A stretch of DNA of 64,000 nt from Octopus vulgaris (Eukaryota): positions 76,322,001 to 76,386,000 of the forward strand of contig OX597831.1 in assembly GCA_951406725.2 (NCBI GenBank), given 5' to 3'. Shown in pieces: positions 31,365-46,033 of this stretch. Each line of letters begins with the position of its first letter. Position 1 is the first letter of the stretch. A model generated the notes under the pieces. That model did no database searches and was not told the DNA's origin. It was given only the letters and a program-made list of their open reading frames with translations. The position numbers were made by a program, and so were the translations under genes.

Positions 31365-32070
31365 ACGTAAACACATTCATAGTTTTCATAAATGCATTCA
31401 AAAACGCATTCATAAACGCGTTTATGAATACATTCATAACCTCCGTAAACGCATTACACAAATGCATTCATAATATTTATAAATGCATTCACAAACGTTC
31501 ATAGCATTCATAAACGCATTCAAGCGCATTCAAAAACACATTCATAACCTCCATAGACACAATCACAAATGCGTTCATAATACTCATTATATACTCTTTA
31601 CTCTTTTACTCTTTTACTCTTTTACTTGTTTCAGTCAGTTGACTGTGACCATGCTGGAGCACCGCCTTTAGTCGAGCAACTCGACCCGGGACTTATTCTT
31701 TGTAAGCCCAGTACTTATTCTATCGGTCTCTTTTGCCGAGCCGCTAAGTGACGGGGACATAAACACACCAGCATCGGTTGTCAAGCAATGCTAGGGGGAC
31801 AAACACAGACACACAAACATACACGCACATATATATATACATATATACGACGGGCTTCTTTCAGTTTCCGTCTACCAAATCCACTCACAAGGCTTTAGTC
31901 GGCCCGAGGCTATAGTAGAAGACACTTGCCCAAGATGCCACGCAGTGGGACTGAACCCGGAACCATGTGGCTGGTAAACAAGCTACTTACCACACAGCCA
32001 CTCCTGCGCCGATATTTATAAATGCATTCGTAAATACGTCCATAACATTCATGAACGCATTCGTTAACAT
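31365..32070. repeat. Degenerate ~12-bp minisatellite (AAACGCATTCAT-like), split by a SINE
   Basis: Repeated ATGCATTCA / ACGCATTCA units at 31365-31580, resuming at 32010-32070. Confidence 0.7.
31605..32010 (-). mobile_element. SINE family A
   Basis: Near-identical to 25563-25976; (TTTACTC)n tail. Confidence 0.9.
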
Positions 32071-32386
32071 TGGTAAATTATTTTCTTAAAAAAACACGCT
32101 TAACTAAACATTTACGTATTCAGATAGAAATGAAACTATCAATGGTCACCTTGTTAGACGTTCGATGTCTATGTTTACAGACATCGAATAATGCATATGT
32201 GTGAGCTGTGACGAGTGGACATCGAGTAAAGTCATGAGAGGACGTTTTTAATGGAACTACATGGTGAGAGGAAGGGATACTTCTTTTGAATGGAAATGAA
32301 AATTAAAATAAAATAATCTCTAATAATCTGCTGCATGTTATATACAGTGAACCGCAATAATCTAATAATCTGCTGCATGTTATATA

Positions 32387-34725
32387 CAGTGAACCGCAAA
32401 AGAAACGCGATCTTTTCAAATTGTCATTTTTATATGGTAATTTCGGAAAATTTATTTCGGCGATCTAAGTGTAAATATTCCAAGACGTGCTCGTTTATGG
32501 CTGGGACCCAAATTGCAGGTAACCTTTCAACTTTCCCTCGAACGAGATGCCAAAGCACAGCTGCGTTGAATACCGTGGGTGGCAGTCGCAAACAATTGCC
32601 ATGAAAATCGAAATGCACGTGCATCTCGTGGAGGTTATGCGGGATAAAAATCAACTTGAACAATGTTTCTGGAATTCATAATTTGGACGCATCAGGTATG
32701 ACCCGATTGTCAGCAGTGCAGAGTGAACGGGCTATCGACCGATTGCAAGCATGGCAGCGTGCCCTGGTTGTTGCGAAAGCTTACAATGTCCATGTCAGCA
32801 CCATCTATCGCCTACAACAGCGATACACCAATACCAACAGTACTGCAGACCGTGCCCGCAGAGGGCACCCCCAGTGACTACACCCAACTAGGATCGCTTC
32901 ATCCACCTGCAACACCTCCGTGATCGTTTCTGACCGGCCAGCATAACAGCTCGCGAGACCATTGGCACTGGACAGCGACCCTCCAGCAACGACACGGCAC
33001 GACGTTGACTGGCTTTTCTCACCATCCGCCACCGTCAGGCACACCTTGTCATTGACAGCATCAACAATGGAGGTCGATAGTCTTCTCTGACCAGAGCTGG
33101 TGCTGCGCTTCCACCTCAGAAAGTAGAGAGTGAACGCTACAGAGACGCATGCGTGGGGTGGCCAAAGAATCATGGTTTGGGGTGTTATAGGCTTGAATCA
33201 GAGAATTGGGCCGCATGTGTTCCAAAATGTTGGTACAGGCAGAGGGAATGGCATCACAGCGCAGCGCTACGTTGACCAGGTCCTAAGACCTCATTTTTAT
33301 ATGGTAATTTCGGAAAATTTATTTCGGCGATCTAAGTGTAAATATTCCAAGACGTGCTCGTTTATGGCTGGGACCCAAATTGCAGGTAACCTTTCAACTT
33401 TCCCTCGAACGAGATGCCAAAGCACAGCTGCGTTGAATACCGTGGGTGGCAGTCGCAAACAATTGCCATGAAAATCGAAATGCACGTGCATCTCGTGGAG
33501 GTTATGCGGGATAAAAATCAACTTGAACAATGTTTCTGGAATTCATAATTTGGACGCATCAGGTATGACCCGATTGTCAGCAGTGCAGAGTGAACGGGCT
33601 ATCGACCGATTGCAAGCATGGCAGCGTGCCCTGGTTGTTGCGAAAGCTTACAATGTCCATGTCAGCACCATCTATCGCCTACAACAGCGATACACCAATA
33701 CCAACAGTACTGCAGACCGTGCCCGCAGAGGGCACCCCCGAGTGACTACACCCAACTAGGATCGCTTCATCCACCTGCAACACCTCCGTGATCGTTTCTG
33801 ACCGGCCAGCATAACAGCTCGCGAGACCATTGGCACTGGACAGCGACCCTCCAGCAACGACACGGCACGACGTTGACTGGCTGCCAACAACCTGCGTTTT
33901 CTGCCCTCACCATCCGCCACCGTCAGGCACACCTACAGAGGTCTACACAGCACCGACATTGACAGCATCAACAATGGAGGTCGATAGTCTTCTCTGACCA
34001 GAGCTGGTGCTGCGCTTCCACCTCAGAAAGTAGAGAGTGAACGCTACAGAGACGCATGCGTGGGGTGGCCAAAGAATCATGGTTTGGGGTGTTATAGGCT
34101 TGAATCAGAGAATTGGGCCGCATGTGTTCCAAAATGTTGGTACAGGCAGAGGGAATGGCATCACAGCGCAGCGCTACGTTGACCAGGTCCTAAGACCTCA
34201 CATCGTGCTCTTCTTCGTGCGTCAGCATAGTCATGTATTCCAGCAGGACAATGCTCCCTCCCAGGTGGCCAGGGTAACCATGGACTTCTTGCGTCAGCAC
34301 AACATCAGAACCATGCTGTGGCCGGCTCTCAACCCGGATTTGAACCCAATTGAACACTTGTGGGATGAAATCTAGAGACGGCTGAACCAGGTGGTCCCAA
34401 GTGGAACTGGAGGCATCTTTCCTTAGTGTGGGCACAAGTGCCAATGGCTTTTCTGAACCGCCTCATTCACTCCATGTACCGACTGTATACGGCCGTTTTG
34501 AACTCCCAGAGAGGGCGTACACGGTATTGAACATGTCGCGCCCTACAATCTAGATGTGCTGGATCCGCCCACCACCAGAACACAAGACAACGACCCATAG
34601 ACTGTGGTCAAGGTGCATCCAAGAAATTGACTTTATCATCAGATTTATTAAATATTATCTCTGACATAATGAAATTAAAACATTTCACAGTCACACACGT
34701 CTCGTGTCTCTTTTGCGGTTCAGTG
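32387..34725 (+). mobile_element. Tc1-family DNA transposon with internal tandem duplication
   Basis: TIRs CAGTGAACCGCAAAAGAAACGCGA / TCGTGTCTCTTTTGCGGTTCAGTG, TA flanks; 32424-33290 is repeated at 33291-34197. Confidence 0.92.
33565..34530 (+). pseudogene. Tc1 DD34E transposase remnant (partial copy also at ~32698-33290)
   Basis: Paired-like HTH (VAKAYNVHVSTIYRL..RRGHPRVTT); IMVWGVI; FQQDNAP..WPALNPDLNPIEHLWDEI with D-34-E spacing; stops and frameshifts. Confidence 0.9.
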
Positions 34726-35105
34726 TATCTAAAGACACAAATAGGGCGTTCAGGGAAGGAATCCAAGAGTTATTTGCAGGGCTTGATCAACAAAGTTCTG
34801 CTTACCGTTATGGTTGACTGTGAAATCGAGAGTTCCGATTCGTCGCCAATTTCCATTGATGCTGAATTTCACTCTGCTTTGTCATAGAATTCCTCTTTTC
34901 TCATTGAAAATATTTCGTCAAAATATTTGGTAAGTTATCACCTGGAAAATATCTGACAAAATGCCACTTAATAAAATGAGTAATTAAGTAACAATACAAA
35001 TTTACACGATGTTACCTATTAAGTCATGTAATATACTCGTATTAGGAATAAATCAGGCTATTGAACATGTCTAGGGATGCACTGCTCAGTTCGTTTTATA
35101 TTGTT

Positions 35106-35152
<47 letters not shown>

Positions 35153-35174
35153 CATACATACATACATACATACA

Positions 35175-35952
35175 AGTGTCGAAGTGCATCCCTTGACCAA
35201 GTTTGCATACATGAGGCTGATAACATTATAAGACTTGGAAGGTAGCTCCTTGAGCAGCACTCTTTGTCTAATAACCTAGAATACATGCCCAAAGAAGTCA
35301 CACGACTCTACCGCAACGTATCATCACTCACATCATAAGCAGTTGTCCGAAAATGTCATCACTGTATTATCTACCGATTGGACATGACGTTGTAGCTAGG
35401 ACACTGTATAATGAAATCCATCGGAAGGATAATCCCCTGGACAAAGAAATAAGAACCCACAATATGGTAGAAGCCATAGCCACTCATAATAGAAAGGAGT
35501 ACTGGTGGGATGTTCCAGTGAAGACCTCAATAAAATGTAAGCACAACAGACCTGATATAATAATTTGGGATAGAGAAGAGAAACTGTGCACAGTTGTAGA
35601 AATTAGCTGCCCTGCGGGTGTTAGCATAAAGCTGAAGATCAGAGAATACCTATGCTGAACTATTGAGAAATCTGCAGTTACTCTATTCAGATTACAAGTT
35701 CAGGTTTATACCTGTAATTATTGGGGCCCTGGGATATGTAACACACTGCCTAAATACCAATCTTGTGAAATTAGGCTTCTCAAAACCAGAAAGGAGAAAG
35801 CTGATTCGAAGACTACAGATCCAATCCATCAGTGGAACTGTAAAAATCTGGAAAACTTTCCCGGGGTTTATCATTTAAATATATAAAAGCACGTCTAGAT
35901 ATGTAACTATATGCATGAGAATACATACATAAAGCAAAACATACAAATCTGC
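35175..35952 (+). mobile_element. 3' end of R4/Dong-type (RLE) non-LTR retrotransposon in (TACA)n
   Basis: HDVVARTLY, KHNRPDIIIWDREEKLCTVVEISCP, FIPVIIGALG (PD-(D/E)xK restriction-like endonuclease); (TACA)n on both sides. Confidence 0.85.
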
Positions 35953-36204
35953 ACATACATACATACATACATACATACATACATACATACATACATACAT
36001 ACATACATACATACATACATACATGCATGCATGCATGCATACATACATACATACATACATACATACATACATACATACATACATAAATACATACATACAT
36101 ACATACATACATGGTGGCTTCCCCCTCGTTATCGAGAATGGCCATTGCACGAAGCTTAATCAATGTTGTTATCGTGCAACGACTGGAGCCATGAGATTAT
36201 GTAG

Positions 36205-36630
36205 ACACCTCTCCTACCAAAAACTGAGCAAGTATAAAGATCTTGAAATAGAAATTGGCAAAATGTGGAACCTGATGAGTAAAACAATACCTGTTGTCAT
36301 AGGTGCCTTAGGAATGATAGCAAAAGGGGCTGATTGCTACCAAGCTCAGATACCAGGAAACCCCAAAATGGTAGAAATTCAAAAGCGAATGCTCATGGGA
36401 ACTGCCCATATCCTACGTAAAATTCTTTCTATGTAACCTCAAATTTTAAAACGAACTCATAATTTTCTTGTTTTCTTAAATATTGTCTAGACCAATACTA
36501 TGTGCAAAACCAAATATATGACACCCTAGGCATAACACTAACTTCTATCTTGTTGTCTTTTGAGGTCTCTGGGTGAGATTTGGAGTCAAATTGTACAAAT
36601 ACAAAGCAAAAGTCAATAATATAATTAAAA
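36205..36630 (+). mobile_element. 3' end of a second R4/Dong-type RLE retrotransposon
   Basis: KLSKYKDLEIEIGKMWNL..IPVVIGALG..GTAHILRKILS, then 3' UTR and (AAC)n(AAT)n. Confidence 0.85.
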
Positions 36631-36634
36631 TAAT

Positions 36635-36719
<85 letters not shown>

Positions 36720-36720
<1 letters not shown>

Positions 36721-37512
36721 GCCTGTCCAAGTCAGATACTGATCAAAATCTAACACACCGATGGCTACAAGAGACAGGTCTGAAAAGGGAACCAGAATGT
36801 TTTCTTATTGCAGCGCAAGATCAGAGCTTACCTACGAGAAACTACAATGCAAACATTCTTAAAGATGGATTTGACCCCCTCGGAAACTTCACAGAGACAA
36901 TTGATCATGTTGTTTCTGGTTGCCCAGTCCTCGCTGAAAAGGGGTACCTCGTAAGACATGACAGACTAGGGCAGTACGTCCACAGGAATGCTTGTGAATA
37001 CTACAAAATTAAATCCCATGGTAAGTGGTGCAGGCACCATCCAGAGGATGTAGTAAATGGCGAGGGCGTCACCATCTTTGGAACTTACCAATACAAATAG
37101 AAGGGAAAATTGACTCCAATCGACCAGACATTGTAATCGAGGACTACAACAGAGGAAGTTGTCTGTTAATAGATATGTCTGTCTCACAAGATCAAAATGT
37201 CTCAAGAAAACAAATACGAAAAGCTTTCTCACTATAAAGATCTGCAAATTGAAATCACAAAGATATGGAAGCTTAGTACTACGATAATACCAGTAGTAAT
37301 TGGTGCATTGGGAATGATAAAGAAGGGAGCTGTGAAGTATATTAAGCAACTCCCTGGTAACTCCGTGAACTACAAACGATAACCTTGATGGGTACATGTG
37401 ATAATTTTAGCATGTATAGCAAAACAAAAGTGCCCTTGCTACTCTTGGCCTCCAATCGATGCCCAGTACAAAGGCAGCTGAAATAAAGTTATAAGGAAAG
37501 GAAACCATTGAT
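36720..37512 (+). mobile_element. 3' end of a third R4/Dong-type RLE retrotransposon in (AAT)n
   Basis: AAQDQSLPTRNY, ETIDHVVSGCPVLA..RHD (zinc-knuckle remnant), NRPDIVI, HYKDLQIEI..IPVVIGALG; (AAT)n on both sides. Confidence 0.88.
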
Positions 37513-37513
37513 G

Positions 37514-37596
<83 letters not shown>

Positions 37597-37812
37597 CCCT
37601 TCAACTAAAGGCACAAGGCCTGAAATATTGGGAGAGGGGACTAGTCGATCAGATCAATCCCAGTGTTTCACTGGTACTTAATTTCTCGATCCCGAAAGGA
37701 TGAAAGCAAAGTCGACCCCGGAGGAATTTGAACTCAGAATGTAGCGGCAGACGAAATACCGCTAAGCATTCCGTCCAGCGTGCTGACGATTCAGCCAGCT
37801 CATTGCCTTTAC

Positions 37813-37869
<57 letters not shown>

Positions 37870-38718
37870 TTGGCCACAAGGGCCTAATAACAGATAAAAC
37901 GTAGGATGAAGGAATGTTCAGTTAGTGCATCGAGGACCAAGGGTTAAAAAAACAGCCCTTTATGTTTTGTCCAAAAGGAAGACAAGACAAGAGAGTGGGG
38001 GGGAGCGGTATAAAACTTTTTTTTTGTTGTTTTCGCTCGGCCACCTATCGCGATACAGGAATAATTAATTAAACAGCTGACTAATTAAATGCAACCTAAT
38101 TGGCTTTCTTTGTTCTTTTTTCGGCTTTTTTTTTTAAAGTTTTTTTTTTTTGCTTCTTGTTGAACCGGAAGTGATAGAAGCTTAACAGAGCTTCTAAATC
38201 TAGCGCGCCATTGCAGAATTTAGAACGTTAAAGGGGCGGGAAAAAGAATAGGGTAAAGGGAAGGGGTGCGTGAAAAGTTACAAGGGTGCAAGTATTAGAA
38301 TGGTGAGAGGAATGAGGGGAGGGGGCTATGGTGGGAAGATGAGAGAGAAAGAAAGAGAGAAATACAAAATGAAAGAGAAAAGGAGGAGTGAGAGTAGAAG
38401 GAAAAACGTGACGCATGCATACATCCATCGGTTGCATAAAAGACTGGTGAGTACAGGGTGCGGCAATAAACCTCCCAGATTCACCATTTTTGATAAACGT
38501 TTCAACAGCAGAACGCACGAAGTGCACCAAACTAAACCGTAATGGAACTGAGAAAAAAAGAAAAAAAAAATGGCGGTAAAGCATTAGCGATGTAAAGATA
38601 CTAATATCATCTGCCTAAATTTACTGGTCGTGTTAAAATATGGCAAGTTTTTTTTTCGCTGTCTTATGTGTACGTATTTGATGACGTCATTATACAGCAC
38701 TACACAAGCACGCACACA

Positions 38719-38781
<63 letters not shown>

Positions 38782-38882
38782 ACGTGTATGCATGGACATG
38801 TGCCTTCTACTGTATCCTCGAGTCGACCAAAGCCTTGTGAATGGATTTGGTCGACGGAAATTGAAAGAAGCCTGTAGTATAC

Positions 38883-38967
<85 letters not shown>

Positions 38968-39420
38968 CGTGGCTGTGTGGTAAGAAGCTTGCTTCCCAAC
39001 AATATGGTTCCGGGTTCAATCCCATTGCGTGGCACCTTGGGCAAGTGTCTTTTACTGTAGCCTTGGACCGACCAAATCCTTGTGAGTGGATTTAGAAACT
39101 GAAAGGAGCCCATCGTATATATGTATGTATGTGTGTGTATATATATATATATATATACATACATACATACATACATACATGCATACATACATATAAAGAA
39201 ACCATGGTGGTACTCCAGCATGACCACAGCCGCATGGCTGAAACAAGTAAAAGAGTATATATATATATATATATAAATATATATGGGGGAGAATTCACAA
39301 AAGAAAACAAAAGTCGAAGACAGGTGATGTAGACAACAAACAGATGTATCAGTTTAACGCGCGGGAATTGAAAATGTCTTTAACGTTTCGAGCCTATGCT
39401 CTTATACACATACGCTTGTA

Positions 39421-39570
39421 CACGAGGGCTGATCAATAAGTATCCGAACCGTTGCCATAGTAACGAAGTTAAAGCATACAGAGTGAAGCTGCTTGGCACA
39501 GATTGATCTTAGTGCATGCGCACTAAGTTTTAACGTTCTAGTCCACTTCGCTGTTTACAACAGAGCTTGG
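39421..39570 (+). mobile_element. mariner-like terminal fragment
   Basis: TA-CACGAGGGCTGATCAATAAGTA resembles the TIR at 19811. Confidence 0.5.
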
Positions 39571-39715
39571 AATAATGTGTGTAGTATATGTATATACATA
39601 TATACATACATACATACATACATACATACATACATACATACATACATACATACATACATACATAATACATACATACATACATATATATATATATATATGT
39701 AAATATATATATATA

Positions 39716-39925
39716 CCGGAGTAAACACATAAATGTGAAACAAGGTGGAAAAAAGAGTACTCAAATACCAGTGGTAGAGTAATATGCTTTATTTAAAGCA
39801 GCAGAAAATTCAACAAAACCTGTTACTCTGAGTTTCCCGTTGCCGTTCAAAAAACTGTCCGATGAACGGCAACGGGAAACTCAGAGTAACAGGTTTTGTT
39901 GAATTTTCTGCTGCTTTAAATAAAG
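39716..39925 (-). mobile_element. HHR fold-back element, family copy 1
   Basis: 63-bp arms 39787-39849 / 39863-39925, tail 39716-39786, (TA)n on both sides. Confidence 0.88.
39855..39892 (+). ncRNA. Hammerhead variant (CCGATGA core)
   Basis: CTGT CCGATGA ACG GCAA CGG GAAAC TCAGA GTA ACAG; stem I CTGT/ACAG, GNRA loop II. Confidence 0.7.
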
Positions 39926-40527
39926 TATATATATATATATATATATATATAATGTTCAGATTTGGAGTGAGGGTGGGATAAACTCTCTGCCAAGCTCACA
40001 ACGCCCAAGACGCGTTGAATGTACGACAACGTCCCTACAAATCTATTAAGGAAGAAGAATTAATCTGCAAACATTTAAAATTTAATAAATATGTGATATA
40101 TTAATAAATATATAAACACATCATTTCTTGATGACGTTCAGTTTTCAATATGGCCGCTGTTTTATTCGGTTACGAGCGGTGATGGGACACTGAATTTCTG
40201 GATATAATTTTTGCAGCGGATTTTAAAAGTTATATTTGAAGTACAAATAATTTTACCTTGTTGCTTGTCAGCAGAAAGAAATTTAGATAACTTGATAAGT
40301 AGTCTTTACAGGTTTTCTAAAAATAAAGTGGAAGTTATTTTTAAGTTGTTGATTAATGAATAGGTAATTAATAAATAGTAATTGTGATATTTGAGCTTCA
40401 AAATCTCCTCAACGGATTAATCTAATATTTTATAGAATTCAACTTATGCAAATTCATATTGCAGAGGCTTAATCATATAAACATAGAAGCATGTAAGCAT
40501 GTATGTATATGTGTATATATGTATATA

Positions 40528-40712
40528 GTAAATCCAAAAATGAACAAACACAAAGCACAACAACGTGAGGACGTGGTACATGTAATGTATTAGCAGACGC
40601 TCAAGGAAGGAAAGAAAGATGGTTTAACGTTTCGAGCAGACGCTCTTCTTCGAAAATAGAGGAAAGTCCAATAGAAGGGAAGACGGAGGAAGAAAATCGC
40701 CAAAGATTCACA
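40528..40712 (-). mobile_element. Penelope-like 3' terminus with degenerate hammerhead (related truncated copy 39285-39404)
   Basis: Minus strand reads TTT CGAAGA A GAGC GTCT GCTC GAAAC GTT AAA; the 39376 copy retains GAGC-loop-GCTC GAAACGTTAAAG. Confidence 0.55.
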
Positions 40713-40994
40713 TGTAGCTATGTACGTGTATAAATATATAGCGCACGGGTGGGATCTGTTTACTGATACATAGAGAGTTTCTTAAAGTGAACGGTTACAT
40801 TTCTTATATTGATTTGCTGTAGTGGTTAGCAAAGCAACACAGTCTACAGCAAACGTGGTGCTTGAACCCCATAAGCGACCTTACAACTGCTTCTTCTTTG
40901 TTATATCTACAAATGCATTGATTATATATGTATTTCAGTTTTGATTTTTTTTTTACAATTTTCAGCCACACACACACACACACACACATATTTA

Positions 40995-41222
40995 CAGGGT
41001 TGGCCAAAAGTCACCTGATAGTAAATCAAAGCGATCTAATTCCAAGAATTATTTATGTTTAACAAAGGAATGAACTTAATAAAAGCATCTAAATATGAAA
41101 CATCATGAAAATTGTTCAAACTGAAGTCCTTCGTGAGTGACACGTTTTCCTCTTCAACTCAATACAGAATTACAGAGACTATTTATAGAATTTTGATTTA
41201 ATCTCGGGTAACTTTGGCCATG
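40995..41222. mobile_element. Tc1/mariner-type MITE (duplicated inverted at ~41920-42147)
   Basis: TA-CAGGGTTGGCCAAAAGTCACC..GGTAACTTTGGCCATG-TA. Confidence 0.6.
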
Positions 41223-41546
41223 TATATAATATATATATATATATATATATACTCTGTTTTTACTGTTACTTGTTTCAGTCATTTGACTGCGGCCATGCTA
41301 GAGCACCGCCTTTAGTCGAGCAAATCGACCCCAGGCCTTATTCTTTGGAAGCCTAGCACTTATACATATATATTTATATGCATACGACGGGCTTCTTTCA
41401 GTTTCCGTCTACCAAATCCACTCACAAAGATTTGCTCGGCCCGAGGCTATAGTAGAAGAAACTTGCCCAAGATGCCACGCAGTTGGACTGAACCTGGAAC
41501 TATGTGGTTGATAAGCAAGCTACTTACCACACAGCCACTCCTACGC

Positions 41547-41919
<373 letters not shown>

Positions 41920-42150
41920 CATGGCCAAAGTTACCCGAGATTAAATCAAAATTCTATAAATAGTCTCTGTAATTCTGTATTGAGTTGAATAGGAAAACGT
42001 GTCACTCACGAAGGACTTCAGTTTGAACAATTTTCATGATGTTTCATATTTAGATGCTTTTATTAAGTTCATTCCTTTGTTAAACATAAATAATTCTTGG
42101 AATTCGATCGCTTTGATTTACTATCAGGTGACTTTTGGGCAACCCTGTAC

Positions 42151-42181
<31 letters not shown>

Positions 42182-42474
42182 GCTGAAAATTGTAAAAAAA
42201 AAAATCAAAACTGAAATACATATATAATCAATGCATTTGTAGATATAACAAAGAAGAAGCAGTTGTAAGGTCGCTTATGGGGTTCAAACACCACGTTTGC
42301 TGTAAACTGTGTTGCTTTGCTAACCACTACAGCAAATCAATATAAGAAATGTAACCGTTCACTTTAAGAAACTCTCTATGTATCAGTAAACAGATCCCAC
42401 CCGTGCGCTATATATTTATACACGTACATAGCTACATGTGAATCTTTATATGTGAATCTATATATATATGTGAA

Positions 42475-42510
<36 letters not shown>

Positions 42511-42630
42511 TATATATATATATGCACACATATATATATGTACATATATATGCATGCACATGAAGTGTGCACGCTTGAGAATCCCATTTTCTCTTTCTGT
42601 CTGTGAGAGAAGAGTGTGTGTGAGTGTGTA

Positions 42631-42677
<47 letters not shown>

Positions 42678-43245
42678 TTTCGGGAGAGTGGACAAACAAA
42701 AAATATACGTATATATTTATGCGTTTGTGTCTGTGTTTGTTCCCCTCCATCGCTTGACAACCGATGTTGGTGTATTTACGGCCCCGTAAACTTAGCGTTT
42801 CGGCAAAAGAGACCGATAGAAGTACCAGGCTTACAAAAATAAGTCCAGGGGGTCAATTTTTTCGACTATGAAGGTGGTGCTCCAGTATGGCCATAATGAA
42901 AATGACTGAAACAAGTAAAAGAATTACGGAATATTATTGGTTAAATAACTAACAAACTATACTGTCCGAAATTTTTAAAAGGCCACTCACACACATGCGC
43001 ACACACACCAAAGAGCAACGACAACAGCACCAGTGGCAACAACAAGATGCTGACTAAGAAAAGTGAAGGTGATTGTAATAGTGGCACAGAGGTGTGGTCG
43101 GAATGGTAAGATCGGTAAAAATGGCGTTGAGAATGACGCAATATTCTTCCCCCATCGCCTAAAAAAAAAAAGCAAGAATTGCCATCGATCATAGACAAAA
43201 TGGAGTGACTTGCATCTAACAACGACTCTACCTTTAAAACGTGTT

Positions 43246-43309
<64 letters not shown>

Positions 43310-43520
43310 GGTGGTCGTGGTCGTGGTCGTGGGAAGAGGGAGAGCAAGAAGAAGAGGGGTGGTGCGGCAGTGGTTGATGTTGTTGTTGAAGTTGTTGTTT
43401 ACAAGAAGAAGAAGAAGAAGAAGAAGAAGAAGAAGAGGGAGAAAAAGAAAAAGAAGAAAAAAGAAGAAAAAGAAGAAGAAAAAGAAGAAGAAGAAGAAGT
43501 AGAAAAGAAGAAGAAAAGAA

Positions 43521-43700
<180 letters not shown>

Positions 43701-43898
43701 ACCAACGACGACGACAACAACGCCAGGAGTTTGCCTTAGCCTTCCTCTGTGGCTAATTTTCCTGGGAAATCTAATTTACGCCATGAAACTTTGTTATCGC
43801 AAAAGGAAATTCCCAAATTCCCTGGCCATACGGTTTACCGTATGCATGTATTGTGTGTATGTATGTATATATATATATATATATATATGTGTATGTTG

Positions 43899-43944
<46 letters not shown>

Positions 43945-44026
43945 GTGTGTGTATATATATATATGCACACATATATATATATGTGTATGTATGTATGTAT
44001 GTATGTATGTACATACATGTATATAC

Positions 44027-44063
<37 letters not shown>

Positions 44064-44130
44064 TTACATACACACATATATATATATATATGTATGCATG
44101 TATGTATTTGTATGTATGTATATATGTATG

Positions 44131-44161
<31 letters not shown>

Positions 44162-44494
44162 GTATGCATGTATATATTTGTGTGTGTGTGTGTGTGTGTT
44201 TATTATATTTGTATATGGATACGCGTGTTTTTGTGTATGAATGTGTGTGTGTATATATATGTATATATGTATATATGTGCTTAAACATACGTATACATAC
44301 ACACAGAGACTTACGTAAAAATAGGAATTTACATACACGAACAAACACACACACACACACACACACACACAAATGTAGGTGTGTGTGCATGCATGTTTGT
44401 ATTTACTTATGTATTTACGTGTCAATATATACGAATGTGTGTGTATTCGCTCTCTCCCTTTCTCTCTCATACACACACGCACACACACGCACGC

Positions 44495-44549
<55 letters not shown>

Positions 44550-45456
44550 CATAAATAACGAGGGAGTCAGGACCAAGTGAGACAAATCCAGATCGTAAGA
44601 ACGCCAGGTGAGCCAAGTAGCAATTTCTTTTCTAGCCGCCATTTTTCCCCCTTCTTTTACATCGTTCCTTTTAGTTTTTATTCCTTTTTCCTTTCTTTTT
44701 TGTTATGTTTTACTGTTTTCTTGGTAAATTCCATGTTTGGTCTGACTCACAGATGGAAATACGGTCAGTCAGACTTGGCTGGACAAACGGCAACTAGCAA
44801 CGGTAGAATTGGCGTTTGGCATTGACGTGTGGAGAATCAGTTTTAGCGGTGTTAGCCGTTATAATGGCGTTGGTGGTGGCGCTGCTGACTGCATTGGAGG
44901 TGTACAGGATGATGATGGTGGTGGTGGTGGTGGTGGTGGTGGCAGTGGCGGAGATGGACGTGCGTTAAGCGAGTTGGTGGTGGTGGTGGGGGGACGAGAT
45001 GGCGTTATGTGGTGGTCCTCTTGCTTGGAGGTGACTTTGGCATTGTGGCGTTGGCATCATTGGCAAGTGAAGCTAGATGAAGTCGCCATGTTGAGTCAGA
45101 AGCAGGAATGTCTGTCTGTCCTTCTGTCTGTCTGTTTCCCTGTTTGTCTGTGTGTCTCTGTTTCTAAACGACCGACCTGTCTCCTGGGAAAATGGACGCA
45201 TGGATGCACAAGATATCGTATTTTGGCTCTTCTTGTCTTCGCTTTTTTCTTATATTTGTTGTTTTTGTTTTGTTTATTCATTTATTCTTTAACGATTGCA
45301 TTATATTATGTATTACGCCACCGAGGTATTTTCATGTGAGTTTATAATGCAACGGTTGCATATGAACATGTGCCCACGCACATACATATATGCACACACA
45401 TAGGTAGTTATATGTGGATATATATATATATATATATCCACATATAACTACCTATG

Positions 45457-45504
<48 letters not shown>

Positions 45505-45820
45505 CAAACTTATCCATATATTCATATCTATATGCGTGTGTGTGTATAAATATACATGCACGTATGTGTGTATATACATATATACATATACATAAATATA
45601 CATGCACGTATGTGTGTGTATACATATATACATACATATATATGTATATATACATATATATACACATACATGCATGTATTTGTTCACGCATGCGCAACAA
45701 CGATTGATGATAAAAAAAAGCAATATTTCTCCAGATAAAACAAAAACAACAGCAAAAGCCGTACTAATATGCGCATTTACGTCAATTATAGTAACAAACG
45801 ATACTACTACCACCACCACC

Positions 45821-45891
<71 letters not shown>

Positions 45892-45995
45892 CGCTACCAT
45901 CATCACCACCAGTACAATTATTATAACTATTGTCACTACCACATCAACTATTACCACCACTACCATCGCTATTACTACTACTACTACTACTACTG

Positions 45996-46033
<38 letters not shown>

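Noticed and set aside
44415-45339. Host exon or homeobox
   Set aside because: No recognisable domain; ORFs run through simple repeats; only a YY1-like CCGCCATTTT motif was noted.
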